A stretch of 64,000 bases of DNA from Octopus sinensis. Its lineage: Eukaryota. The notes under the pieces were generated by a model. The model was given only the letters and a program-made list of their open reading frames with translations. It was not told the origin of the DNA and ran no database searches. Location of the stretch: NCBI RefSeq assembly GCF_006345805.1, contig NC_042998.1, positions 186,310,001-186,374,000 of the forward strand, given 5' to 3'. Both the position numbers and the translations under genes were made by a program. Below are positions 56,901 to 64,000 of this stretch, piece after piece (within the stretch, counting starts at the first letter, position 1; the number at the start of each line of letters is the position of its first letter).

Positions 56901-58698
56901 AGTACTTATTCTATTGGTCTCTTTGACCAAACTGCTAAGTTACAAGGACATAAACACACCAACATCGGTTGTCAAGCAATGGTGGTGGGACAAACACAGA
57001 CACACAAGCATATACAAATATACGACAGGCTTCTTTCAGTTTCTGTCTACTAAATCCACTCAAGGCTTTGGTCAGCCTGAGGCTATAGTAGAAGACACTT
57101 GCCCAAGGTGTCATGCAGTGAGACTGAACCCTGAACCATGTGGTTGGTAAGCAAGCTACTTACCACACAGCCACAGCTGTGCCAACAATTTGACCCTAGG
57201 ACTTATTCTTTGAAAGCCTAGTACTTATTCTATTGGTCTCTTTGGCCAAACTGCTAAGTTACAAGGACATAAACACACCAACATTGGTTGTCGAGCAATG
57301 GTGGTGGGGCAAACACAGACACAAGTATATACAAATATACGACAGGCTTCTTTCAGTTTCTGTCTACTAAATCCACTCACAAGGCTTTGGTCAGCCCGAG
57401 GCTATAGTAGAAGACACATGCCCAAGGTGTCATGCAGTGGGACTGAACCTTGAACCATGTGGTTGGTAAGCAAGCTACTTACCACACAGCCACAGATGTG
57501 CCTATAGCCATGCCTGCACCTATGTTGAGAATCTCTTATTGACTTATTTATTTTTAACCCTTTCGTTACTGTATTTATTTTGAGATGCTCTGTGTTTCTT
57601 TCAATTACTTTAGATATATAACAAAAAATTTAGTAAAATAACTTAGTTATCATTAAGCTAGTGTTAGGAACATAAATTGTGACTAAAGTTTGGTGGAAGA
57701 TTTTAATTCAAAACTTCTGAAAACAAGACATTTGTACTACAGAGCCGGAGCTAATTTCAGCCAGGCTGCTATCAAAAGGGTTAAGAATTGTTTCTCTATT
57801 ATATATTTTAACCCTTTCGTTACTGTATTTATTTTGAGATGCTCTGTGTTTCTTTCAATTACTTTAGATATATAACAAAAAATTTAGTAAAATAACTTAG
57901 TTATCATTAAGCTAGTGTTAGGAACATAAATTGTGACTAAGGTTTGGTGGAAGATTTTAATTCAAAACTTATGGAAACAAGACATTTGTACTACAGAGCC
58001 GGAGCCAATTTCAGCCAGGCTGCTATCAAAAGGGTTAAGAATTGTTTCTCTATTATATATTTTAACCCTTTCGTTACTGTATTTATTTTGAGATGTTCTG
58101 TATTTCTTTCAATTACTTTAAATATAACAAAAAATTTAGTAAAATAACTTAGTTATCATTAAGCTAGTGTTAGGAACATAAATTGTGACTGAGGTTTGGT
58201 GGAAGATTTTAATTCAAAATTTCTGAAAACAAGACCTTTGTACTACAGAGCCAGAGCCAATTTCAGCCAGGCTGCTATCAAAAGTGTTAAGAATTGTTTC
58301 TCTATTATATATTTTAACCCTTTCGTTACTGTATTTATTTTGAGATGTTCTGTATTTCTTTCAATTACTTTAAATATAACAAAAAATTTAGTAAAATAAC
58401 TTAGTTATCATTAAGCCAGTGTTAGGAACATAAATTGTGACTAAAGTTTGGTGGAAGGTTTTAATTCAAAACTTCTGAAAACAAGACCTTTGTACTACAG
58501 AGCCAGAGCCAGTTTCAGCCGGGTTGGTAACGAAAGGGTTAAATGAAACCTGTTTTATTCATCATTAACTTCATCTTTGAATTTATATATTTTTCTCTTT
58601 ATTTCTTTCTTCAGATGACAGAACAAAGGAAACAGAAACAACGTTATGGTTTACTGCATTCTAACACACTACCAATAGCAAATAACCAGAACGTTTGA
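7917..58698 (+). CDS. ITPR: Inositol 1,4,5-trisphosphate receptor, 3' part of gene (20 coding exons, 1002 aa, 5'-partial)
   Basis: Spliced translation is colinear with the ITPR C-terminal third ([63 protein letters not shown]). Splice phases join without frameshift; exon lengths sum to 3009 nt, ending in TGA. Confidence 0.97.
8118..8337 (-). mobile_element. RTE-family 3' UTR fragment (older copy)
   Basis: Diverged copy of the same tail. Confidence 0.75.
8453..8901 (-). mobile_element. tRNA-derived SINE family A (internal TA/CA microsatellite, AAGAGT-type tail)
   Basis: Reverse complement of the copy at 12701; A/B-box-like head and (gagtaaaa)n tail. Confidence 0.85.
9239..9370 (+). CDS. ITPR: ITPR exon 2 ([17 protein letters not shown]...[11 protein letters not shown])
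   Basis: ttttctag acceptor, CAG|gcaagc GC donor, 132 nt, phase 0/0; not in the ORF track. Confidence 0.92.
10115..11281 (+). mobile_element. Degenerate Tc1-family DNA transposon, interrupted by a SINE
   Basis: Transposase remnants [10 protein letters not shown]...[10 protein letters not shown] and [10 protein letters not shown]...[11 protein letters not shown]...[12 protein letters not shown]; frameshifted. Confidence 0.88.
10497..10698 (+). mobile_element. tRNA-derived SINE family C nested in the Tc1 fossil
   Basis: aaatgcttagc...gagttcaaatt...ggggtcgatgtaatcgactt...ataaagaaata, shared with 13953, 35465, 51020, 55463 and 63356. Confidence 0.85.
11306..11441 (+). mobile_element. RTE-family 3' tail
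   Basis: aggaagggcatccagctgtagaaac...gttaaacaatgatgatgat. Confidence 0.8.
12691..13472 (+). mobile_element. Non-autonomous Helitron-like element, copy 1 (contains SINE A at 12701-13108)
   Basis: A|TC 5' end, 3' hairpin ending CTAG|T; body nearly identical to 44642-45008. Confidence 0.8.
12701..13108 (+). mobile_element. tRNA-derived SINE family A nested in the Helitron 5' end
   Basis: Full head-to-tail copy flanked by tatata on both sides. Confidence 0.88.
13532..13709 (+). CDS. ITPR: ITPR exon 3 ([11 protein letters not shown]...KVFYDKM...VNTSD...EVNK)
   Basis: tttcag acceptor, AAAG|gtatgg donor, 178 nt, phase 0/1. Confidence 0.92.
13953..14158 (+). mobile_element. SINE family C, variant 3' end
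   Basis: ctggcagaatcattagc head and conserved central ttgcctttcatcctttc block. Confidence 0.75.
14506..14741 (+). CDS. ITPR: ITPR exon 4 (...[19 protein letters not shown])
   Basis: ttttccacag acceptor, CAG|gtaggt donor, 236 nt, phase 1/0. Confidence 0.93.
15419..15808 (-). mobile_element. tRNA-derived SINE family A
   Basis: High similarity to 8453-8901. Confidence 0.85.
15838..16533 (+). mobile_element. Internally deleted mariner transposon
   Basis: HTH remnant ([11 protein letters not shown]...LEDQP), [11 protein letters not shown] (first catalytic D region), and terminal gggtacccccttgta resembling a TIR. Confidence 0.75.
17105..17370. repeat. Long inverted repeat (103-bp arms, 60-bp spacer)
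   Basis: 17105-17207 is the reverse complement of 17268-17370 with 2 mismatches. Confidence 0.95.
17483..17683 (+). CDS. ITPR: ITPR exon 5, RIH-associated domain (NYLRSQNN...[11 protein letters not shown]...CQGPCHENQ)
   Basis: ccttcag acceptor, CAG|gtaagc donor, 201 nt; near-invariant ITPR motif. Confidence 0.97.
17770..18192 (-). mobile_element. CR1/L2-group LINE 3' fragment
   Basis: [17 protein letters not shown] and [15 protein letters not shown]...[12 protein letters not shown]2 C-terminal motifs; frameshifted. Confidence 0.85.
18262..18585 (+). mobile_element. Older SINE with a family-A-like head and a different 3' half
   Basis: Degenerate family A head followed by a ttgcttggaaaca...aggaaaggc body, also seen near 26000-26380 and 52020-52230. 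Confidence 0.6.
19193..19615 (+). mobile_element. tRNA-derived SINE family A
   Basis: Full-length copy. Confidence 0.85.
19700..19810 (+). CDS. ITPR: ITPR exon 6 ([15 protein letters not shown]...LVLRLK)
   Basis: tttttcag acceptor, AAG|gtattt donor, 111 nt. Confidence 0.93.
20197..20292 (+). CDS. ITPR: ITPR exon 7 ([32 protein letters not shown])
   Basis: ttacag acceptor, CTT|gtaagt donor, 96 nt. Confidence 0.95.
25333..25600 (-). mobile_element. RTE-family 3' UTR fragment
   Basis: (CAT)n tail and conserved body. Confidence 0.85.
25855..26385 (+). mobile_element. Older family-A-related SINE
   Basis: Degenerate head, gaaactgaaagaagcc block and an aggaaggacatc...ccatgcaagcatggaaa tail. Confidence 0.55.
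28058..28329 (-). mobile_element. RTE-family 3' UTR insertion flanked by 106-bp direct repeats
   Basis: Direct repeats at 27952-28057 and 28330-28435, 2 mismatches. Confidence 0.9.
29180..29440. mobile_element. TTAA-flanked MITE (piggyBac-like ends), family E
   Basis: TTAACCCTTTC...GTAACGAAAGGGCTAA termini; body shared with 40598, 53009 and 57554. Confidence 0.85.
29880..30268 (-). mobile_element. Young tRNA-derived SINE with 14-bp TSD
   Basis: Head TGGCCCAGTGG (A box) and GTTTCGATTCC (B box); CpG-rich; TSD aagacaatcagaat at 29866-29879 and 30269-30282. Confidence 0.9.
31238..31369 (+). CDS. ITPR: ITPR exon 8 (VKVAKETF...[11 protein letters not shown])
   Basis: ttttcatag acceptor, CAG|gttatt donor, 132 nt. 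Confidence 0.93.
31461..31687. mobile_element. TTAA-flanked MITE, second family
   Basis: TTAACCCTTTAG...CTAAAGGGTTAA TIRs. Confidence 0.8.
32038..32145 (+). CDS. ITPR: ITPR exon 9 (LSQHNKEL...[13 protein letters not shown])
   Basis: tttttcag acceptor, GAG|gtaagt donor, 108 nt. Confidence 0.95.
32182..32677 (+). mobile_element. 5'-truncated RTE LINE (ORF C-terminus + 3' UTR + TGA-repeat tail)
   Basis: Translation [23 protein letters not shown]...GLTE...[16 protein letters not shown]; GRGRPRKTW is typical of RTE-clade ORF ends. Confidence 0.88.
33076..33725 (-). mobile_element. SINE family A with a foreign 160-bp insert in its microsatellite (33397-33556)
   Basis: Family A flanks on both sides of an expanded TA/CA tract. 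Confidence 0.75.
33894..34086 (+). CDS. ITPR: ITPR exon 10 ([23 protein letters not shown]...EMKWQKQLR)
   Basis: ttattatag acceptor, G|gtatag donor, 193 nt, phase 0/1. Confidence 0.95.
34214..34313 (+). pseudogene. Intron-containing tRNA-Leu(CAA) pseudogene, truncated in the T-loop
   Basis: GACAGGATGGCCGAGCGCTCTAAGGCACCAGACTCAAG + 29-nt intron (34252-34280) + TTCTAGTCCACGAATGTGGGCGTGGGTTCAAAT follows the eukaryotic Leu-CAA layout; the 3' acceptor strand is missing. Confidence 0.85.
34313..34590 (+). mobile_element. RTE-family 3' UTR fused to the tRNA-Leu pseudogene
   Basis: ttaccaatgtcgcttcactgacacc matches ttaccagcgtcgcctgactggcacc of the 53812 copy; ends in gatgatgatgac. Confidence 0.88.
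35465..35662 (+). mobile_element. SINE family C, 5'-truncated, 11-bp TSD
   Basis: TSD ggtacaagtaa at 35454-35464 and 35663-35673. Confidence 0.88.
36073..37966. repeat. About 155-bp tandem satellite, 12 full units plus a partial
   Basis: gatctt anchors at 36075, 36230, 36386, 36541, 36698, 36853, 37008, 37159, 37314, 37471, 37625, 37779 and 37935. Confidence 0.97.
38598..38720 (+). CDS. ITPR: ITPR exon 11, first TM helix (ANSLLFWF...[19 protein letters not shown])
   Basis: atttcag acceptor, AAAG|gtatgt donor, 123 nt, phase 1/1; not in the ORF track. Confidence 0.94.
39111..39450 (+). mobile_element. tRNA-headed, (AAT)n-linked element with a Penelope-like hammerhead tail and an inverted tail copy upstream
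   Basis: Head from 39174 with A/B boxes; CTGAAGA...GAAA motif at 39359-39390; 39111-39164 is an inverted copy of 39378-39431. Confidence 0.65.
39756..39928 (+). CDS. ITPR: ITPR exon 12, TM helices ([11 protein letters not shown]...[10 protein letters not shown])
   Basis: ttccag acceptor, AAT|gtaata donor, 173 nt, phase 1/0. Confidence 0.93.
40144..40308 (+). mobile_element. Internal fragment of SINE family A
   Basis: ggatttggtagac...gaaagaagccc and ttgacaac...gcaaaagagac blocks. Confidence 0.75.
40598..40825. mobile_element. TTAA-flanked MITE family E
   Basis: TTAACCCTTTCGTTAC...GTAACAAAAGGGTTAA. Confidence 0.88.
41585..42339. mobile_element. hAT (Charlie/Buster-like) MITE with 8-bp TSD and nested inserts
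   Basis: TIRs CAGCTTTTCTCAAC / GTTGAGAAACACTG; TSD cactagac at 41577-41584 and 42340-42347. Confidence 0.88.
41801..41961. repeat. Spacerless palindrome (about 77-bp arms)
   Basis: Centre TTTTTA|TAAAAA at 41877/41878; 2 mismatches and one 7-bp duplication. Confidence 0.93.
42682..42846 (+). CDS. ITPR: ITPR exon 13 ([16 protein letters not shown]...VHEFFYSLL)
   Basis: ctttcacag acceptor, CTT|gtaagt donor, 165 nt. Confidence 0.95.
43844..44243 (+). mobile_element. tRNA-derived SINE family A
   Basis: Full-length copy. Confidence 0.87.
44411..45025 (+). mobile_element. RTE-family 3' UTR interrupted by a Helitron-like element
   Basis: Tail ...ccagcacagaaa | insert | tagatgttaaatgatgat resumes after the insertion. 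Confidence 0.78.
44642..45008 (+). mobile_element. Non-autonomous Helitron-like element, copy 2
   Basis: A|TC...CTAG|T, no TSD, 15-bp terminal hairpin at 44969-45009. Confidence 0.85.
45098..45284 (+). CDS. ITPR: ITPR exon 14, S4-S5 linker and TM5 ([26 protein letters not shown]...[14 protein letters not shown])
   Basis: tttctag acceptor, A|gtaaga donor, 187 nt, phase 0/1; not in this frame in the ORF track. Confidence 0.96.
46523..46618 (+). CDS. ITPR: ITPR exon 15, variable ER-luminal loop ([32 protein letters not shown])
   Basis: tttcag acceptor, AAAG|gtgaat donor, 96 nt, phase 1/1. Inferred from splice signals and position in the luminal loop; poorly conserved, and skipping it would also preserve frame. 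Confidence 0.75.
47801..48583. repeat. 100-bp direct repeats (47801-47900, 48484-48583) flanking about 580 bp
   Basis: tggaa.cttgactgaagaatagaaagccacaaatgtt...ttcattgtc.tcc present twice. Confidence 0.85.
49261..50316 (-). mobile_element. Degenerate mariner (DD34D-type) transposon
   Basis: [28 protein letters not shown] and [10 protein letters not shown]...PRPPYSPDL; TIR-like tatcagatcatcccataa at the 50316 end. Confidence 0.88.
50475..50857 (-). mobile_element. RTE-family 3' UTR fragment
   Basis: (CAT)n tail and conserved body with subrepeats. Confidence 0.83.
51020..51234 (+). mobile_element. SINE family C variant with TSD
   Basis: attattaatgg(a/g)cagga on both flanks. Confidence 0.8.
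51401..51537 (+). CDS. ITPR: ITPR exon 16, pore helix and filter (...[32 protein letters not shown])
   Basis: ctttacag acceptor, AAG|gtgaat donor, 137 nt, phase 1/0. Confidence 0.96.
52603..52959 (-). mobile_element. Degenerate SINE family A
   Basis: Diverged but colinear with the other minus-strand copies. Confidence 0.65.
53009..53236. mobile_element. TTAA-flanked MITE family E
   Basis: TTAACCCTTTCGTTAC...GTAATGAAAGGGTTAA. Confidence 0.88.
53347..53512 (+). CDS. ITPR: ITPR exon 17, TM6/gate ([41 protein letters not shown]...TCFIC)
   Basis: taccag acceptor, G|gtgagt donor, 166 nt, phase 0/1. Confidence 0.97.
53812..54110 (+). mobile_element. RTE-family 3' UTR fragment
   Basis: Ends in (GAT)n. 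Confidence 0.87.
54740..55015 (-). mobile_element. RTE-family 3' UTR fragment
   Basis: Close relative of the 6924 copy; inverted relative to 53812. Confidence 0.87.
55161..55321 (+). CDS. ITPR: ITPR exon 18, zinc finger/linker ([10 protein letters not shown]...[13 protein letters not shown]...[11 protein letters not shown])
   Basis: ttattag acceptor, AAG|gtgagt donor, 161 nt, phase 1/0. Confidence 0.96.
55463..55695 (+). mobile_element. SINE family C, full length, 17-bp TSD
   Basis: TSD tattag(c/t)ttcggttgag at 55446-55462 and 55696-55712. Confidence 0.9.
56377..56538 (+). CDS. ITPR: ITPR exon 19, C-terminal coiled coil ([15 protein letters not shown]...DLKEQ)
   Basis: ttgcag acceptor, CAA|gtaagt donor, 162 nt. 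Confidence 0.96.
56810..57505 (-). mobile_element. SINE family A with a 319-bp tandem duplication
   Basis: Units 56865-57183 and 57184-57502. Confidence 0.88.
57554..58542. repeat. Tandem array of four family E MITEs (period 254/254/252 bp)
   Basis: TTAACCCTTTCGTTAC at 57554, 57808, 58062 and 58314; final TIR ends at 58542. Confidence 0.93.
58615..58698 (+). CDS. ITPR: ITPR last coding exon ([27 protein letters not shown])
   Basis: Long pyrimidine tract + cag acceptor; [10 protein letters not shown] is the conserved ITPR tail; TGA at 58696-58698. Confidence 0.95.
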   Translation: MTEQRKQKQRYGLLHSNTLPIANNQNV

Positions 58699-59855
58699 TT
58701 CCTTCACTACTAACATCTTAGATTTGTTCAATGGAAGCTATTGATGTTCTCAATGTCATGTGATGTTTGTACTGCGTCAAGTTCTCAAAACTGCTGCACT
58801 ATTACCGCTGCTACCAAAGAGAATTGGTCACTAAGCTGCTGCTGCTATCTTAGAGAATTGGTCACAAATATCTCATTCTATTCACATTGAGTAGAATATT
58901 AGACCTTATTTCCGTAGTTACTTATTTAACGGGATTTTTCGGTTCTATATTTTTATTTCATTTATATATATTTATTTATATTTTTGGAGGTTTTATTGGG
59001 TTTCTTTTCTTTTTTTTTTTTTTTGTCAATTTTCCTTTTATAGATAATTGAAACAACATAAAAACCACAATTGTAATTTAACCCACATGAATATTTTTTT
59101 TCATTTTTTTTTTTTTCATTAACAAATGAAAATTGTAATGAAATCAGTCCTTCTTCCAAAATATTTCTGTGGTTTTTTTTTTTTTTTTGTGTGTGTTATA
59201 TTTATAGCTGATACATAAACCTCTATATGTGGACCCGACAAAACTTCTTTTAAATGTATAGAAAGTATATTTCACTTGGAGAACATATTCTGAAGTGATC
59301 CGGCAAGGAGTTGTTTGAACCATTTCAGTGTCTCTATCTTTGGCATATATCTGGAGGAATTAATCAGATTATACATTATACACATTAATACCATTAGCTT
59401 TGTGTGTTGGTGCTTATGTGTCCACATGAGTGCTTATAAATAGATCTATACACATATGAGTATGTGAGTGTAAACCTACATTCTCCATTTTATTGCAATA
59501 TTTGATCACACATATATGCAGTCATGTATATCTCAAGAAAGCTGCAAAAAATGCCTCTGTGTGCATGCGTGCGTCCGTGTGTGTGTGTGTGTGCACATGC
59601 GTTTAAATTTAAACAAGGTGAGAACATGCCCAACACATGTATGGGTGAGTGATACTCTTTTTATAAAATTACAAAATATGATTGTGTAGTACTGTGATAT
59701 TAATTTCCCATTTGCTCTTTACAGATTAATATTTAATGTTTAGTATCTTTCTTGTATGCATGTGTGCATATATATATATATATATATGAATACACAAAGA
59801 TATTCCTAGCAGGATTGTTAACCAACATTGATTTAGTTGTTTTATACCCACCTAA

Positions 59856-59889
<34 letters not shown>

Positions 59890-60118
59890 ATCATTTTAGA
59901 AAACACTTCCTAATGATGTTATGTTCGAAACTATCATTTTGACATCTTTTTTTTTCTCTCATTATACACTAATGGTTAAGGGTTAACCTCCTTTTTTTTT
60001 TTTAATTAAATTTTAGTTTTTCAGTATTACTCCAAGCAAATGTGGATTATACCAACTTTTGTTGGATGGTTGTTGCTGCTGTTAACATCTACATTCAGAA
60101 TCAGTATATGTATGTCAT

Positions 60119-60149
<31 letters not shown>

Positions 60150-60275
60150 CAAATGTGAGGATAAAATTCTTTTCGAAAAAAAAAAAATATATATATTTTC
60201 TCGAAAAAAATTTTATCAATGGCCAGCATATTAAAAAATACCTTTAATGGTTTCCTTTGCCCTCATTTATGAATT

Positions 60276-60306
<31 letters not shown>

Positions 60307-60369
60307 ACATACATGTGCACAATTTCTGCTGATCTATATATGTGATACATTGTCCTGGTGTGTTTCTTC

Positions 60370-60421
<52 letters not shown>

Positions 60422-60463
60422 TTTAATATTTTCCAGTTAGTGATTTATTTTCTCCTTACCAAA

Positions 60464-60480
60464 AATAAAGGAACAATAAA
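60464..60480 (+). promoter_or_regulatory. Possible polyadenylation signals (two AATAAA) for the ITPR 3' UTR
   Basis: AATAAA at 60464 and 60475, about 1.8 kb after the stop; chance matches are likely in AT-rich DNA. Confidence 0.25.
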
Positions 60481-61255
60481 CAGAAATTCTAATCTGTTAC
60501 TAATTAGGTGTTTCAAAAGAAGCATACACACATATAAACATATGTGTGTTTATTTATAACTAATCTTTCATTTGTTTTTGTTTGTCCAATTTTGAGAGCT
60601 GACACATAACTTTCTAGAAAAATTATGAAATCTAAAAGCAAAAAAAAAAAAAAATGAAAACATTGTAATATCATAATTGTTAAATTTACCTTTGTGTGTG
60701 TGGGTGTGTGTAATCTATGTAATTATTATCATTTTTGTTATAAAAGTGATCGATTTTAGCCCATACATATAACTGCGTGCGTGACCACAGATCATCATGT
60801 TCAAAAAGTCATCGAAGCCATTGTTAAATGATACCACAGTGTGGCAATTTGTTAAGTCAAGGTATTTTCTCACCCTTGACTAATCCACCGACTTAACCTA
60901 ATATACCTTCATTAGGTCAATTACATCGTGCATTGATCTAACTAATGCAACTGAAATTTCTCTGCTTGGTGGGGAAAGAACAATCATGCAATTAAAATTT
61001 TGAAAAATGAAAGAAATGCAATTTTATGGAACAATAAAATTTATTTATTTTAGCATCTGTTTGATATTTCATTCAATTTTCTTATTTTCTGACGTTCACT
61101 TTTTCAGTTGTTTTTAAATTGCTTCAGAATATTTGTTATTTTTATGATTATAAATGAGCCAATTACAATGTAGAAGAATATTTGAACAGGGAACTGAAAA
61201 GCTGAAACTTGTGTTTGGTGGGAGATAATAATAATAATAATAATAATAATAATTG

Positions 61256-61532
61256 TGTACAGTGCTCAGGTGCACTACAACTCATCTAAAGTGTATATAT
61301 AATCAGGTGTAGTTTCGGCGGATTTCGGAAAGCATGAGGGCCTTAAAGGATGCAGTGTCATGGCAGTCAACAACTGACGCAGGCAGTTTATTCCATGCTT
61401 CAGCAACTCTGAGCGTGAAAAAATGTTTCCGAAAGTCATGGGAGCTGTGTTGTTTTTTGACTTTGTAGGCATATCCACATGTGTTAGACACATGGAGATC
61501 AAAAAGGTGTTCAGTGTTGTTGTTGGTGAGGT
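61256..61532 (-). mobile_element. CR1/L2-group LINE 3' fragment
   Basis: HDFRKHFFTLRVAEAWNKLPASVV motif; adjacent (AAT)n tract at 61226-61253. Confidence 0.85.
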
Positions 61533-61589
61533 CTGTTCAAAACCAAAGTGGACTCTGAATTAAATAGTTATATACCAAATTCGATGTGC

Positions 61590-62050
61590 AAAGAGCACCA
61601 TACGAGTGTGATCATTGACAGAGTGGCTAACCAGCTTACATGCCAGTGGCACTTAAAAGGCACCATTCGAGTGTGATCGTTACCAGCGTCACCTTACTGG
61701 CACTCGAGCACCATCTGAGCGTGATCATTGCCAGAGCAGCTATCTGCCCTCCGTGCCGGTGGCACGTAAAAGATACCATTCGAATGTGATCGTTACCAGC
61801 ATCGCCTTACTGGCACCTGTGCCGTGGCATATGTAAAAGATTTGAGCAAGGTGGTTGCCAGTACCACCTGACTGGCACATAAAAGCACCCACTACACTCT
61901 CGGAGTGGTTGGCGTTAGGAAGGGCATCCAGCTGTAGAAACTCTGCCAGATCAAGATTGGAGCTTGGTGCAGCCATCTGGTTCGCTAGCCCTCAGTCAAA
62001 TCATCCAACCCATGCTAGCATAGAAAGCGGACATTAAACGATGATGATGA
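61590..62050 (+). mobile_element. RTE-family 3' UTR with multiple internal subrepeats
   Basis: Repeated gtgtgatcgttaccagc blocks and a (GAT)n tail. Confidence 0.85.
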
Positions 62051-62317
62051 TTTTTTAAAACAGGGTTTAAGTAACATGATTAAGAGTGAGGCTAAAACAT
62101 AGAATCTGTTATAATATTAGAAGAGGATAGGTATTACACAAAGTATTAGCATGAAGTAAAATTAAGATGCTTCTAGACATATTCCACAAGAAAGGAGCAC
62201 AGTTCATCAAAAGCATTTTACTTAGCACATTGCCAATTTTTATAACAAGGTTACAGTTAATTTAAATATCCTTAGTATATGATCAGTATTTTCCCCCCTC
62301 CCTTTTATCTGGTTGTA

Positions 62318-63122
62318 TAGTGGAGGTGCATGGCTTAGTGGTTAGAGTGTTGCACTCATAATTGTAAAATTATGGTTTTGATTCCTGGACCGGGTAACAC
62401 ATTGTGTTCTTGAGCAAAACCTTCATTTCATGTTGCTCCAGTTCACTCAGTGACAGACTGGCATCTCATCCGAGTCAGGAATATATATTCCATGGGAACT
62501 GGTCCTATGACTCTAAATGATTTGGGAAGGAACTTTACGTAGTGGAACCACATTGCTTAGTGGTTAGGGTGTTGGGCTCATGATCATAAGATTGTGGTTT
62601 CAATTCCTGGGCCATGCACTACATTGTGTTCTTAAGTAAAACATTTCATTTCATATTGCTCCAGTCCACTCAGCTGACAAAAAGGAGTAATCCTGCAAAG
62701 GACTGGTGTCCCATCCAGGTGGGGAATAAATACACCATGGAAACCAGGAAACTGGCCTTATGAGTCTATCTGACTCAGGAAGGAACTTATTTTACTTTGT
62801 CTGGATATGAGACAGAGTACCAGCAATATGTTGTTGTGTGTTCCTTCTCGAGCCATGCCTGGCTCATAAGGGCCAGTTTCCCGGTTTCATTGGCGTATAG
62901 GTTGCCCACCTGGAAGAGATGCCAGTCTGTCACAGGTTAGCTGCTAGATGCAGGAGAAAAGAGGGAAAAAAAGTTGTGACAAAAGAGTCAGCAGAACTTA
63001 GACATTGCCTGCTGCTGGAGCCACGCGAATCTTAGGTGTTTCACTCATAAACACACACATTGCCAGGTCTGAGATTTGAACTCACAAGTCTGCTGCTCTA
63101 ACCACTAGGCCATATACCTCCA
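62318..63122. mobile_element. Cluster of three older tRNA-derived SINEs (two +, about 62318-62515 and 62540-62790; one -, about 62830-63122)
   Basis: gtggagg..catggcttagtggttag heads and a ttgtgttcttgagcaa..c.ttcatttca core. Confidence 0.7.
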
Positions 63123-63355
63123 CAGAGTACCAGTAATATAGCAAAGTTAATTCAGTTGCTTGAACTTTTTACAAAAGTGAGCATTATGTATGAACAGGAA
63201 AAAAGTAATATTTTTAATATGTAGCTCTAGGGTGTTTTACGTGAATGACCTTACTCTTAGAAATCTCATGTTCTCATAAGGTACTTACTAGTACTCTGTT
63301 GGTTACAACAACAAAGGTTCCAGTTGATCTGATCAACAGAACAGGTTACTCATAA

Positions 63356-63600
63356 AAGGCAGTGAGCTGGCAGAATCGTTAGGGTTAGGGTTAGGGTTGA
63401 AATGCTTAGCAGTATTTCGTCTGCCATTACGTTCTGAGTTCAAATTCTGCCGAGGTCGACTTTGCTTTCAAGCTTTCAGGGTCGATAAATTAAGTAACAG
63501 TTATGCACTGGGGTCGATGTAATCGATTTAATCCCTTCCCTTTGTCTGTCCTTGTTTGTCCCCTCTATGTTTAGCCCCTTGTGGGTAATAAAGAAATAAG
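63356..63600 (+). mobile_element. SINE family C nested in a minus-strand SINE (about 63230-63866)
   Basis: gaacag(g/c)ttactcat on both flanks; the host shares its 3' half with the 29880 SINE. Confidence 0.8.
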
Positions 63601-64000
63601 AACAGCTTACTCATGAAATTAACATGCTAGTGGCTGAGCACTCCACAGGTATGTTCGCCCTTAACGTAGTTCCTAGGAAGATTCAGCATGACACAGAATG
63701 TAACAAGCTGGCCCTTTGAGGTACAACTCATTTTTGCCAGCTGAGAGGACTGAAGCAATGTGAAATGAAGTATCTTGCTCAAGGACACGATGCACTGGCA
63801 GGAATCGAACTCACAACTTTATGTTCTTGAGCTAAATACCCTAACCACAAGGCCATGCACATTCACTTTCTCAGAAGGTAAATAAGATGTGGTGTGTAGT
63901 CTGTTATTTCTAGCATCACTAAATGAATGGAAGGTAACCTCAATAGTAGCAGATTTGAAGTCAGTAGTAAATCAGGAGATCAAAATATTCTTTCCTAATC

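Noticed and set aside
57554-58542. Repeat-spacer array resembling CRISPR, and the three repeated MVEDFNSK ORFs
   Set aside because: Spacers are identical, units are 250-bp MITEs with TIRs, the context is eukaryotic and there are no cas genes; the ORFs are by-products of the repeat.
58687-58698. C-terminal -QNV as a PDZ-binding motif
   Set aside because: Lacks S/T or a hydrophobic residue at position -2; does not fit class I or II consensus.
58818-58865. 14-bp direct repeat agagaattggtcac in the 3' UTR
   Set aside because: A short local duplication with no evidence of function.

Overview
AT-rich, microsatellite-rich eukaryotic (animal) genomic DNA. The repeat families look like those of Octopus/coleoid cephalopods, which is an inference from pattern recognition, not a database match. 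The + strand carries the 3' part of an inositol 1,4,5-trisphosphate receptor gene (ITPR). I reconstruct 20 coding exons (7917-58698, 3009 nt, 1002 aa plus stop) with continuous reading phase, from GEALRQ through the RIH-associated domain, transmembrane region, GGGIGD pore filter and C2H2 zinc finger to the C-terminal coiled coil. One intron is GC-AG. Earlier exons lie upstream of the window. The introns are packed with mobile DNA: tRNA-derived SINEs, RTE LINE 3' ends, CR1-clade LINE ends, Tc1/mariner fossils, TTAA-flanked MITEs, a hAT MITE, two Helitron-like elements, Penelope-like fragments and a 155-bp satellite. The most interesting observations are: a chimera of an intron-containing tRNA-Leu(CAA) and an RTE tail (a possible nascent SINE); a tRNA-headed element carrying a minimal Penelope-type hammerhead ribozyme fold; two long near-perfect palindromes; a 106-bp target-site duplication; a 43-bp inverted templated insertion; a candidate 27-nt microexon; and a WxxWxxW motif in the ER-luminal loop. 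Coordinates were counted by hand; repeat boundaries are approximate.
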